A stretch of 64,000 bases of DNA from assembly GCF_009914755.1 (NCBI RefSeq), contig NC_060931.1; one strand, given 5' to 3'. Position numbers and translations under genes: made by a program. The DNA is from the human T2T-CHM13v2.0 reference genome, Homo sapiens. The notes beneath the pieces are model-generated. The model had not been told where the DNA came from. It did no database searches and saw only the letters and a list, made by a program, of their open reading frames with translations. Positions 1 to 19,935 of the stretch are shown piece after piece (position 1 is the stretch's first letter; every line of letters starts with the position of its first letter).

Positions 1-220
1 TAGATACCCATTAATGGGATTGTTTGGTTGAATGGTAGTTCTATTTTTAGTTCTTTGAGAAATTTCCAAACTGCTTTCCACAGGGTCTAAACTATTTTAC
101 ACTGCCACCAATGGTGTGTAAGTGTTTTCTTTTCTCCACACCTTGCCAACATCTGGTGGGTTTTGTTTTTTTGGTTGTTTTTTTTTTTTAACTTTTTAAT
201 AATAATTGTTCTGACAGGTG
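1..220 (-). mobile_element. L1 (L1PA16/L1PB-like) ORF2 3' fragment
   Basis: tagataccc..aatgggattg..aatggtagttctatttttagttctttgagaaat..ccttgccaacatctg is antisense L1. Confidence 0.8.
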
Positions 221-780
221 GCCTCACATGGTTCTTGTCTCTAATTTTCAATAGGTCAACTTGTGCCTTTAGCCTTCCCCAGAAGAAACAACCAAGGGGA
301 TGAATTTATACAAAAATAAAATAATCCTTTGTCCCGACTTCATGGTTACTCTACACGTGCTCTCTTTGTCTCTCCTGCTGAGACCTCCTCTCTGCGGGCT
401 GAGGTCATGCCCTTGCCATTTATGATGGATACCTTTAGGCACTAGGATGTGTTTCCTCCCTGAGTCTTCTCCCTTCTCTAAAGACCCCACCCTGGTCCAC
501 TTTCTTCCAGCATAACGTGGAAATTGGAGCCCTTGCTTGCAATCTTCCTCTCTCCAGTTTCCCATTGCACTCCTAACTTGCTCATTCTCTTTTTCCTGGG
601 GTGGGGAGTGGTGCATCTTGCTTCTCACCTCCAAGCTTCTTTGAGACTGCACAAGGACCCCCCATCCCATCACTCAGCTGTCAACAGAGTGCAGCAGGGA
701 CCGCTTCCTATGTGTGCAGACGCCATGGGATACGGGAGACCAGCCCTTACCCCATCTATGAGGGAGTCACATTATCCCTA

Positions 781-1115
<335 letters not shown>

Positions 1116-1173
1116 CAGCCTTACAGAGTAACAGAGAGAGGAGGTGTGGGAATTGAGGGAAGTGACTTGATTT

Positions 1174-1330
1174 GCTAGGCTGGAACCAGTACATGCTAGG
1201 CTGGAACCCAGTACATGCTAGGCTGGAACCCAGTACATGCTAGGCTGGAACCCAGTACATGCTAGGCTGGAACCCAGTACATGCTAGGCTGGAACCAGTA
1301 CATGCTAGACCGGAACCAGTACATACTAGG
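1174..1330. repeat. 21/22-bp minisatellite, about 7.3 copies of GCTAGGCTGGAAC(C)CAGTACAT
   Basis: Units start at 1174, 1195, 1217, 1239, 1261, 1283, 1304 and 1325 (partial). The four central 22-mers are identical. Confidence 0.97.
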
Positions 1331-1355
1331 ACGGTGCCTATGGAAGGGCTTCTGG

Positions 1356-1398
1356 CACTGACACCTCAATGAGCTTCCCTTCTTTCTCCCTCCCTCAG
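1356..1398 (+). promoter_or_regulatory. 3' splice site: candidate branch point CACTGAC, polypyrimidine tract and AG
   Basis: CACTGAC at 1356-1362 (A1361) fits YNCTRAC. It is followed by cttcccttctttctccctccctcag ending at 1398. Confidence 0.7.
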
Positions 1399-1516
1399 GA
1401 CCCCAGCCATGATAGGCTGCTCGTTCGTGGTCAACAGGAAGTTCTTCGGTGAAATTGGTCTTCTGGATCCTGGCATGGATGTATACGGAGGAGAAAATAT
1501 TGAACTGGGAATCAAG
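1399..1516 (+). CDS. GALNT17: Internal coding exon (118 bp, phase 2 to phase 0) of polypeptide N-acetylgalactosaminyltransferase 17
   Basis: Reads (R)TPAMIGCSFVVNRKFFGEIGLLDPGMDVYGGENIELGIK. This contains the Gal/GalNAc-T motif with YGGEN instead of WGGEN, which marks the Y subfamily (GALNT8/9/17/18). The peptide matches my recollection of GALNT17 rather than GALNT9 (VDREYFGDIG...GMR). It is flanked by a polypyrimidine tract + CAG (AG 1397-1398) and by AAG|GTTTGT (GT 1517-1518). Confidence 0.93.
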
Positions 1517-1845
1517 GTTTGTGACATGGTGTCCCTTCCTCTTGGTGTGCCCATGTTTGTGAGCAGAGCGTCTTGGTCATCCGTGGGGTGTATTTAAAGC
1601 TTCTTACAGCTGATGAATGACAGATTCATTTACTCCACCTTGTTCCTGGGGGATGCATGAGCTGCACTGTCACCCCTCCTTATGTAGGGAAACCTGGGCT
1701 TTCCCCTGTCTAAAAGTTGGCTGATAGGTTTCATGCCATTGCTACCCACTCTGGGCATTAGCTGGAGAGGGTGGTTCCCACTCCCATTCAGTTTTGGTCT
1801 CTCCTTAAATTTTTCTTAAATGATCTCCTTAAATTAATATTTTCA

Positions 1846-2130
1846 GGCCAGGCACAGTGGCTTATGCCTGTAATCCCAACACTTTGGGAGGCCACGGTGG
1901 TGCGATCACTTAAGACCAGGCATTCAAGACAAGCCTGGGCAACAGAGCAAGACCCTGTCTCTACAAAAAATAAAAAATTAGCCAAGCGTGATGGTGCATG
2001 TCTGTGTCCCAGCTCCTCTGGAGACTGAGGTAGGAGGATGGCTTGAGCCCAGGAGTTCGAGGCTGCAGTGAGCTATGATGGCATCACTGCACTCTAGCCT
2101 GGGCAACAGAGCAAGAGAGACCCTGTCTCT
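1846..2130 (+). mobile_element. AluJ
   Basis: Diverged dimer with gagcccaggagttcgaggctgcagtgagctatg and almost no tail. Confidence 0.88.
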
Positions 2131-2218
2131 CTCACAAAGGCATTTGTGGTTTAGTTTTTACATCCGCAGATTTATTTTTAACAGTTTTATTGAGATGTTA
2201 TTGACATATACAGATTTT

Positions 2219-2646
2219 GGTGGCTCACACCTGTAATCCCAGTGACTTGGGAAGCCGAGTCAGGAGGATCACATGAGCCCAGGAATTCAAAACCAGGCTG
2301 GGCAAAGTAGGAAGACGCTGTCTCTATGAAAAATAAAAAAAAAAAAAGCTCATATATATAATCCCAGGGACTTCGGAAACCAAATCAGGGGGGTCACTTG
2401 AGCCCAGGAGTTCAAAACCAGCCTGGGTGACATAACAAAACCACCATCTCCACAAAAGATAAAAAATTAGCCAGGTGTGATTGTGTGAACCTGTAGTCCC
2501 AGCTACTCAGGAGGCTGAAGCAAGAAGATCGCTTGAGCCCAGGAGTTCAAGGCTTCAGTGAGCCATGATTATGCCATTACACTCCAGCCCAGGCAACAGA
2601 GCAAGACCCTGTCTCATTAAAAAAACAAAACAAAAAAAAAAAAAAA
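2219..2646 (+). mobile_element. Composite AluJ (left arm + left arm + right arm)
   Basis: Two successive left-arm segments (about 2219-2347 and 2360-2467), then a right arm and poly-A. Confidence 0.8.
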
Positions 2647-2647
2647 A

Positions 2648-2885
2648 CTACATGTTTAAGGTGTACAGGTGATGTTTGGATATACATATACATTGTGAAA
2701 TGAGCACCACAATCAAACTGAGTGACACATCCATTACCTCCATCTAATTACCACTGTGTGTGGAGGCTGGTGAGAAGATTTAATTTAAGATCTATCCTCT
2801 TAGCAAATTAAAAGTCTACAATACCATATCATTAACTGTGGCCACCATGCTGTACATTAGATCTCCAGAAATGATTCATTTTGCT
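2648..2885 (-). mobile_element. L1MA-type 3' end fragment
   Basis: tacatatacattgtgaaatg..ccaccatgctgtacattagatctccagaa is an L1MA 3' UTR signature. Confidence 0.7.
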
Positions 2886-2958
2886 TTGCAGTGACGTGGC
2901 AGGAAAAGTCTGAGTGTGAGGCTCTGCAGGCTTGGTGGTGATGGTGGTAACTGCTTAG

Positions 2959-3750
<792 letters not shown>

Positions 3751-3771
3751 TATTTTATTTTTTATTTTTTT

Positions 3772-4343
3772 CTTTTAACTTTCATTTTAGGTTCAGGGGT
3801 TCATGTGCAGGTTTGTTATATAGGTGAATTGTGTATTACCTGTATTGATAATTGACACCTCAATGAGCACAGATTGGTGCACAGATTATTACCCAGGTAG
3901 TAAGCATAGTACCTGATAGGTAGTTTTGATCCTCACCCTCCTCCCACCCTCTGCCCTCAAGTAGGCCCCAGTGTCTGTGGTTCCCTTCTTTGTGATGATA
4001 TGTGCTCAATGTTCAGTTCCCACTTATACATGAAAACATGCAGTATTTGGTTGGATGTTCCTGCATTAATTCGATTAGGATAATGGCCTCCAGCTCCATC
4101 CGTGATCTCCTTCTTCTTACAGCTGTGCAGTATTCCATTGCGTACATGTACAACACTCTCTTTACCTGTTCTGCCATTGATGGGTATTTAAGTTGATTCC
4201 ATGTCTTTGCTATTGTGAATAGTGCTGCAATGAACATACGTGTGCATGTGTCTTTATGGTAGAATGATTTGTATTCTTTTGGGTCTATACCCAGTAGTAA
4301 ATGAGATACTGGGTCAAATGGTAATTCTATTTTAAGTTCTTTC
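3772..4343 (-). mobile_element. L1PA16-like 3' end
   Basis: ttttaggttcaggggttcatgtgcaggtttgttata..acccaggtagtaagcatagtacc; the supplied ORF contains [28 protein letters not shown] (ORF2 C-terminus). Confidence 0.88.
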
Positions 4344-4756
4344 AGCCGTTGTGGAAGGCAGTTTGGGGATTCCTCACTCCTTGTTGATGGGCTGGAATGA
4401 ATGGTCCCTGCAGAGCCCAGTCTGCCCCCAGGCAATTTCTCCCTGGCTTTGTCTCCATGACAATTCAGCTCCCCCACTGCTCAGGGTAGGTCTTTATTAA
4501 AGTGTCACTTGCATCAGGGTCATAGATGTCACTCCAGAGTGCAATTACCTGCCTCTTACAGTACTTCAAGGCATCTCCAGCTTCTGGAGATGGGGGAATA
4601 ATTTTGCCTCTTAACTTTCCATAGACCACATCATCCTGCAGGCTGCAAGGTGATCTTGACATAAGCCTTGGTTTTCTGCCAGTTCTTAAAGTGGGATTGA
4701 GTGCTGCTGGTTGCAGAAAGGCAAAGGTCTGGGTTTGGAGTCTACACAGATTTCTC

Positions 4757-4947
4757 TGGTTCTCATGTTTCCAGTCAGAAGCATTCACCTCACCTGGGAA
4801 CTTGTTAGAAGTGAAAATTCTTGGGCCCCATCCCAGACCTACTGAATCAGAAACTCTGGAGTGGCAGGGAGTCCAGCTCCCTGTGTTTACCAAGCCCTCC
4901 TACCCCACCAGGTAACTTAGTTATGGGCCCTTGTTGGAGAGCTACTG
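4757..4947. mobile_element. MER5A (hAT-Charlie MITE)
   Basis: tcacctgggaacttgttagaa..gggccccatcccagacctactgaatcagaaactctgg matches the MER5A core. Confidence 0.8.
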
Positions 4948-5508
4948 GTCTACCCCTAGGTTTAGCCGACTTCCTGGCAAATGCATGTCCTTTAGCAGAA
5001 AGGAGCCCAGGTGAGAATCCACCTCTTTCTAGTCCCTTCTCCAGGTGCCCTTCCATGGCCACACTGGCCCAAAGTGAGTCCTTTCTTCTCACTCCAGCCT
5101 ACACAGCCAGAGTCCTGTAGGCACCAGCATCTACTACCTTTTTAACTTCATGTACGGGTGTCTCGACCAGGTGACTACAGGGTTCCTGATGACAGAGCTC
5201 CGTTTTTCAAATGAAATAATATACACAAGGCACTTCTGAGACAATACTACTTCTCCTTTCATTTTGTGCTATTTTGTACTACTTAGGGCTTGAATGAATT
5301 GCATAATAAATGCATTCTTAAGAAATCCATCCCCACCGCCTGAATAAAGAAGCAGGGCTTTATGTAAATATATATACATGCATATATATAATTTTCATGT
5401 AGTGTACACACATACATTTACATATACAAGCTTACCTGTAAGTAATGACCCAAAACCCTATGCTTTCATTCAATGGAAAATTTTTAACATGAGAACACTA
5501 TTTTCTTG

Positions 5509-5803
5509 ATTTTTTTTTTTTTTGAGACAGAGTCTCGCTCTGTCGCTGAGGCTGGAATGCAGTGACGCGATCTTGGCTCACTGCAGGCTCCGCCCTCGAG
5601 TTCACGCCATTCTCCTGCCTCAGCCTCCCGAGTAGCTGGGACTACAGGTGCCTGCCACCTCACCCGGCTAATTTTTTGTACTTTTAGTAGAGACAGGGTT
5701 TCACCGTGTTAGCCAGGATGGTCTCGATCTCCTGACCTCGTGATCCGCCCGCCTCGGCCTCCCAAAATGCTGGGATGACAGGAGTGAGCCACCGTGCCCG
5801 GCC
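5509..5803 (-). mobile_element. AluY-like
   Basis: CpG-rich antisense dimer (tcaccgtgttagccaggatggtctcgatctcctgacctcgtgatccgcccgcc). Confidence 0.92.
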
Positions 5804-6566
5804 ATTTTTTTTTTAAACCAAGAAATGGCTCAATCTGTGATCTTTCTAACTAGTCTTTGAAATTTTGTGTTACTTTTTAATTCCATCCTCAGTAAGTAAA
5901 GATCTGTCAGAAGAACACAAGAATAGAAAGTCTTACTGTGAACAAAAATAGCAGTTGACTCTAGGGCTCTTGCCTGCATGAAAGGCAACTTGCCTGTGAC
6001 TAAAACAATCAATACAGAAAAGAAGTTTTTAAAAAAGCCAGAATTGAGAAAATAAATGAGATGGAAATTGAAAGGTTTCATCTTGTTCTGAGTAATAGTA
6101 ATCAGAAACTATTAACAAAGGGTATTATAGTAGCATGTCTAAATGTTAAGAGAAAAAAAAATTCTCCAAGGACAGAAGAAAAGATAGGTTACTTTAAAAT
6201 GATGTAAAGTCATTCTCTAATATATCAGTCCATTTACGAAGAAAAGGCATTCTCTTCTTCTGTTCTCTTATATAAAAACATGGCACCCAAGACTGCTGCG
6301 TCCTGCTGGGGAGTCCTTTCTAAAGGAAGACAAGGGAGACACACTTTCAGATCCCCAAATGACCAAAGACTGTCTTGACTTTATCACGAATCCCAAGGAC
6401 TGAATAAAAGGCAGAATTCTTGTGTGGATGCATTGAATTGTGAAAACATTTGTGAGAATGATTTATTTATTTTGGGTGTATATCCAGTAATGGGATTGCT
6501 GAATTGAATGGTAGTTCTGTTTTAAGTTTTTTGAGAAATCTCTGAACTGCTTTCCACAGTGGCTGA

Positions 6567-7199
<633 letters not shown>

Positions 7200-8059
7200 T
7201 GAAAGGCCATTATCCTAAGTGAATTAACACAAGAACAGAAAACCGAATACCACATGTTCTCACTTATACGTGGGAACTAAACATTGGGTACCCATGGACA
7301 TAAAGATGGGAATGACAGACACCAGGGACTACTAGAGTGGGGAGACAGACAGCAGCCAAGGGTTGAAAAACTACCTATTGGGTACTATGTTCACTACCTG
7401 GGTGATGGCATCGGTTGTTCCTCCAAAGCTCAGCATCACACACAACACCCATGTGAGAAACTTGCCTATGTATCCCCTGAAACTAAAACAAAAGTTGAAG
7501 TTTAAAAAATTAATACAAGAAATGAGCTCTCCATTCCCAGACACACACAAACACACGCACACACATGCAAAATTTTGACACCAGTAAGCCATCATGGAGG
7601 AAAGGATATAAGAGGGTTTGAGGATGCTCAAGTGAGATAACCTTCTTGCCGATTCCAGCCCAGCCCTCAGGGCCTTTCCATGGTTCAGCCCCTGCAGGGG
7701 TCTTCTTGTTGGGTTCCCTGTTGCTCCATAACAGTCACCAGGAAGCGATTCAGACTCTGAGTCCGTGTTGGCTTAGATGAGTCATGATGAGTGATGGGCA
7801 AAGAACAAGCGTATTTTAATTTGCACTCAGGGTAAACATAACATTCTTAAAAAGCAGAGTTTAACCCAGATGCCTTAATTGCTGGTTGCATAGCTCAAGA
7901 TGTCTCTGAGCCATTCCATTTCTCTGAGGAGTTGGAGTGCCACTTTCAGGACTCAGGTGGAGACATGGTTAGAACTCCTGCCATCTTGTCTAGCTCTGTC
8001 CATTCAAGCTGAAGGCACTGAAGACCTGGGGGGTGGTTCGCAGACTCAGGGTTTCATAG

Positions 8060-8757
<698 letters not shown>

Positions 8758-9419
8758 TTATATAGAAATTATGAGCCATCTGGAATAGCCAAAGCCCCAG
8801 GAACCTGAATGAAAACAGCATTTCCCACTCCCACAGGTCTCTTTGCCCTGTCTCTTGTTCTTAGTTTTGCTTCCCTCTTGTCTACAGCTAGCTCTTGCAA
8901 GGCCTTCTGCCTGCCCTCCTGATCCCCGCCCTAGCCACTTCTCTATGGTTTTAGGGACCCATCCATCCATGTTAACCAAGAGAGATTTCCCCCTGCCTTC
9001 TCTGAGACCTCTGGCATCAGGAACCCTGATGTCCCAAAGCCTTCTGTGGCCTGTGTTGTCCATTTGGAACTCTCGAGCTCAAATTTGCTACATCCATTGA
9101 ATAATGTAATTTGCATCATGGTCCATCCCAGAGAGGACCAGATGATCAGTCCGTTTTCATTTTCATACTTTTTAGATTGCATGAGTCTTTGTTCTCTCAC
9201 CTATTGGCACTGGTCAAGGTTGGATCCAAGGCCTGGTGTGAAGGAAGTCATCCTTGGCTATGTGAATACCTTTGTAGGGCAGAGCCCAAGTTTATCTGTG
9301 ATACAGATCAAAGCAAAGTTCCTGGTCTTGTCCCAGTATAGAGTGAGCCTTGAGATTTCACAAACTGGTCTTTCATGGAGGGGAATGTATGACTGGTGGC
9401 CAACAGTTCAACTGAATAC

Positions 9420-9930
9420 TTCTGATTAAATGGAAACTTGGTGAGTGCCTTCTGTAGCCCAGCAGGCATTTCCACTGGAGCTACCACAGTCAATACATGG
9501 GGTCTCTATCTCCATGAAATTTATAGTCAGACAGAAATACTGTTCATGAAATAAATAATTAGCACTGTGATGAGTGTGAAAAAACAAGATAGAGCAATGC
9601 TGTGGGAAAATATAGTAAGGAAATATAGCCTAGTCTAGGGAGTTGGGAGGAACCTTCTTACGGAAATGCTGTTTAAGAATTCTAAAGTGAGTTTAATATA
9701 GATAAGCAAAGAAGGAGGTGTGCAAGGAAGAATATTCTAGACAGAAAAACATCTGCAAAGATTTGGAATTCTGAGAGATAAATGTGTCCTGAGGACCTTG
9801 GGAGTTCAGGATGGTTAGAGCAGAGAAAGGGGGAAGAAAACCTCTTAGATGCAGCGACAACCATCAAGGTGGGGCCCAGATTATGAGGATTGATAAGCAG
9901 AAAGTTGGCTTTTTCTTAAGGATCACTGTA
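9420..9930. mobile_element. L2 relic (probably continuing at about 10590-11050 and 11790-11960)
   Basis: Degenerate L2 3' motifs (gagtgccttct.., ccatgaaatttatagtcag, gaaatgctgagtttgagg). Confidence 0.5.
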
Positions 9931-9937
9931 GACATTT

Positions 9938-10515
9938 TAGATAGGTAGGTTAGGTAGACAAATAGATAGGTAGGTAGGAAGAAAGAGAGAGAGAGGGAGA
10001 GACAGAGACATGATAGATACATAGATTAGAGAGAGAAAGATGCATGGATGATGGATGGATGGATGGATAGATAGAGGGATGATAGAGATAGATGATAGAT
10101 TAATGATAGAGATAGTAGGTAATAGAGATATAGACGATAGAGATGATGGATGGATAGATAGAGATGATGGATAGAATGATAGATTAGATAGATGAAATAT
10201 ATAGGTATGGATAGATTGATAGATTATAGATTAGATTGATAATAGAGATAACAGATAGATGGATAGATGATATAGATAGATGAGATATAGGTTAGATAGA
10301 GATGATGGATTCGATAGATGATTGATGGATAGATAGATAGAGATGATAGACTGATTATATAGACAGATAAATAGATGATAGTTTGATAGATTAGATAGAT
10401 GATAGATAAGATACATGGATGATAGATGTAGATGATAGATGGATACAAAGAAGATAGATATAGATGATAGATTAGACAGATGATATATAAATAGATGATA
10501 GATAAATTGATGGAT

Positions 10516-10562
<47 letters not shown>

Positions 10563-10575
10563 GAGACATAGATAG
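9938..10575. repeat. Complex (GATA/GATG/GGTA)n low-complexity array including a pure (GATA)11 run at 10516-10562
   Basis: About 640 bp of GATA-derived sequence with almost no C. Confidence 0.95.
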
Positions 10576-11062
10576 TCTCAAGTACCCATTACTTACCACC
10601 CTTGAGGGGATTTAAAAGAAGTAAGAGGATTAGACTTTTCTTTTTACTAAAAAGATAATGATGACAGCCATGTGGAAAATAGATGATAAAGCTGCGTACA
10701 CTCAGGAAAAGCTGGTGAGGAGGGGCTTGACCTATATGGTTGTGACAGTGGGAGAGGAATGGACAAATTCAGGAAGTGGAAGAGACAAGGCCTGGAGATT
10801 GAGTGTATGCAGGGGATGAAGAGAAGTGGGAGTCCAGGCTGAGCAGGTGGGAAATAGTGTTGCTGTTCTCTAAGGAGCACTGTTGGAGGAGGTTTGGGAG
10901 AAGGTGGAAAGATTATATGATAAATCTCATGTTTCTGAGACACCCCAGGCCAGCCCAGAGGCATTTGCATGTGTGGGGATTAAGCCAAGGAGGGAGCACT
11001 AAGCCTGAGATAGACTTGGATGTACCGGTGCCCTTTAGGAGGTGTGATAGACAGAGAGTGGT

Positions 11063-11754
<692 letters not shown>

Positions 11755-12164
11755 GTGGTGGTCCACTGAATGAGAGGAGTGAATGAGAAGGGATTATTAA
11801 GGGTATCTCCCAGGCTTCCCAGCAACTGACTGCAATCCCCTAAATAGAGGACTCTGGTAGGGTAGGTTTGTCAGTGGGGACATGAGTAGTTCCATTTTAG
11901 AAATGCTGAGTTTGAGGAGTAGCAGTTCTCTCTAACCTGACAGTGAGATGTCAAGGGAACACAAGGCTGGGAAGGGACTCTGGCCAAGAGTGGGATTTGG
12001 CAGAGGGGTGCCAGGACAAGAGTTGGCTATTCTCCATTCCACCCTGGAGTCTGCAAGGCCACAGTGCTTAGGGTGTGGGCTGACTTAGAGGAGCGAGGAC
12101 ATAGGGATTCCTGCTATGGTTTGAGCGTGTGAGTTACAGCAGGTAGTGGCCATATGTGTTATAC

Positions 12165-13095
<931 letters not shown>

Positions 13096-13254
13096 AAATT
13101 GGGAAAGTAGGATTTTAAAAAATTGAAGCCTATCATCTTTTTTTCCCCTCCCGAAATAATTTTGGGGAAAATTAGTTTTTCAAAATGTTTACAACTTTCA
13201 CATCTCTGCTCCATACTCCAATTTCAGGCCAGTATGTGGGTTTCTGAATTTCTC

Positions 13255-13509
13255 AGCTGGAGTGCAGTAGCAAGATCGCGACTCACTGCAACCTCCGCCT
13301 CCCAGGTTCAAGCGATTCTCCTGCCTCAGCCTCCTGAGTAGCTGGGACCACAGGGGCACACCACCACGCCCGGCTAGTTTTTTGTATTTTTAGTAGAGAT
13401 GGGATTTCACCGTGTTAGCCAGGATGGTCTCGATCTCCTGACCTCATGATCCGCCCACCTCGGCCTCCCGAAGTGCTAGGATTACAGGCCTGAGCCACCA
13501 CATCTGGCC
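13255..13509 (-). mobile_element. AluS lacking its tail and 3' end
   Basis: Starts abruptly at gctggagtgcagt with no T tract. Confidence 0.85.
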
Positions 13510-13831
13510 ACCTGTTTGCCTCTATGTCACCTGCCAGGAAGAGATAGTCAGGCCCCTGTAGCCCCTCCCTAGAGCTGCAGATGATGAGCTGCTCACCTGT
13601 AAGTTTGTCTCTGCAGTGGCACCTTTTTCTTCCAGCTTTCACTGTTACACAACGTACTCAGCCTCAGTGCAGAACGAAGTTTTATTGGACATGGAAAAAG
13701 GGGAAAAATTAAACAGATTCCCCGGCATTAGATAGCAGGGCCATTTTGCTATCTTTATTAAAATGTATTGCCATCCTCTTAAAGAAGAGTAACAGGCTGA
13801 TCTATGTAGAAAGCTATAACATGCACATGCA

Positions 13832-13882
13832 TGAACACACATGCACACACACACACACACACACACACACCACACCACACAC
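13832..13882. repeat. Interrupted (CA)n microsatellite
   Basis: Direct reading. Confidence 0.9.
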
Positions 13883-13957
13883 CAAACAGCCCTTCCTCAA
13901 GAGACCTTCCAAACGATGTCCAGGACCGTGAAGTCAGTTGTAGACTAAGGTCCTCCT

Positions 13958-14308
<351 letters not shown>

Positions 14309-14399
14309 TTATACAGTCTGGAAATTTTCCCCCGAGTGGATGAGAGGTTTAGATTATTTTGTCTCACTGTTTTTTTCCCTTCAAAACAAACTGGAAAAT

Positions 14400-18600
<4,201 letters not shown>

Positions 18601-19411
18601 GAGCTATATGGCATTGAACAATTAAGTTCACTTTTGTTTTTTCTTTTCTACCGAGGCTACAAGTCAGTTAACTAAACTCAGTTGACCTAAAATTTTAGCA
18701 TTCTTTAGGTATTGCTGTGTAGTCACAGCCACATGCACCAAACACTCTGCTTTTAGGTTGATTCTACCCAGCACTCTCTTGGGCCTTCAGTTCTACAATG
18801 TCGGACAACCCATACTCCCAGAGAAGCTGCCAATCTGGACTTCTGCTTAACATGGATTTGTTTTGTGTAGTAATTTGTGCCAGTCCACCATCACTGTGGC
18901 TGGTCTCATGAATCCAGCTGGAAGCTCGGTGATTACTATTATTGCTACAGCACTGGGGAAAAATCCAAGAACTTCCAGACATAAGAAAAAAAAAAATCCT
19001 CCACCCTCCCTCCCCCAAATTACCCTATTGATTGTCAAAGCTAAACTATATCTTTGCATACCAAAACTGAGCCAGAGAGGACACATAGCCCACATAAGGG
19101 TCAATACGGGGCCCTTAAAAAGCTAAACGTGGGAAGTGAGTGTCAAGAAACACCAGCACTGTTATTAGTGTGTGGAGGTAGCAGAGAACAGAATGGACTG
19201 CTCGGAGAAGGAAAGAGAAGCCACAATGAGGGGAAACCATAGACTGGTCTTCTTTGTAATTTTCATTGAGAAGCACTTTTTGCACCACAGTTAGTCTGTA
19301 TTCAGAGTACTTAGCTTACTAAGGCAAGCTGGCAGGTACCAGTTTTGAGAATGAGTTCACACAAATGTTATTACGTTAAATGGGACAAAGGAGAACTTAA
19401 AAGTAATACCT

Positions 19412-19708
19412 AGCCAGGCACAGTGGCTCACACCTGTAATCTCAGTGCTTTGAGAGGCTAAGACAGGAGAATCACTTGAGCCCAGGAGTTCAAGACCAGC
19501 CTGGGCAAAATAGGGAGACCCGTCTCTACAAAAAATAATTACCCAGGCATGGTGGTGTGCCCTTGTAGTCACAGCTACTCATGAGGCTGAGGCAGGAGGA
19601 TGGCCTGAGCCCATGAGTTTGAAGCTGCAGTGAGCTATAATCATAACACTACACTCCAGCTTGGGTGACAAACTGACACCTTGTCTCTGAAAAAAAAAAA
19701 AGAAAAAA
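19412..19708 (+). mobile_element. AluJ
   Basis: Dimer with TSD AAAAGTAATACCT. Confidence 0.9.
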
Positions 19709-19734
19709 GTAATACCTACTGTGGATTGCCACTA

Positions 19735-19935
19735 ACAGTACTCCAGACACTGTAGTAAACGCTTTATAAACATTACATTATTCAGTGCTCGTGAGATTTC
19801 TGTGCGTTTTTCATTATTGAACCTATTTTACAGATGATAATACTGGGATTGACACAAGTCAACTTGTCCAAGGTCTTACAGCTAATAAATAGAACAGCCG
19901 GAACTCAACCCAAATCTACATAATTTGAGTTCTAT
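19735..19935 (-). mobile_element. MIR
   Basis: ccagacactgtagtaaacgctttata..tattttacagatgataatactg..aacttgtccaaggtcttacagcta. Confidence 0.75.

Noticed and set aside
1174-1330. Common origin of the 22-bp VNTR (CCAGTACATGCTAGG) and the 25-bp VNTR (CCAGGTACTATGCTAAG); p53 half-sites in the 22-mer
   Set aside because: The match is short and needs several gaps, there is no MIR/L2 flank at the first VNTR, and the p53-like decamers have two mismatches and the wrong spacing.
1409-1597. 62-aa ORF as a standalone gene
   Set aside because: GalNAc-T similarity begins before the ATG and stops at the GT donor (1517); the rest is intron read-through.
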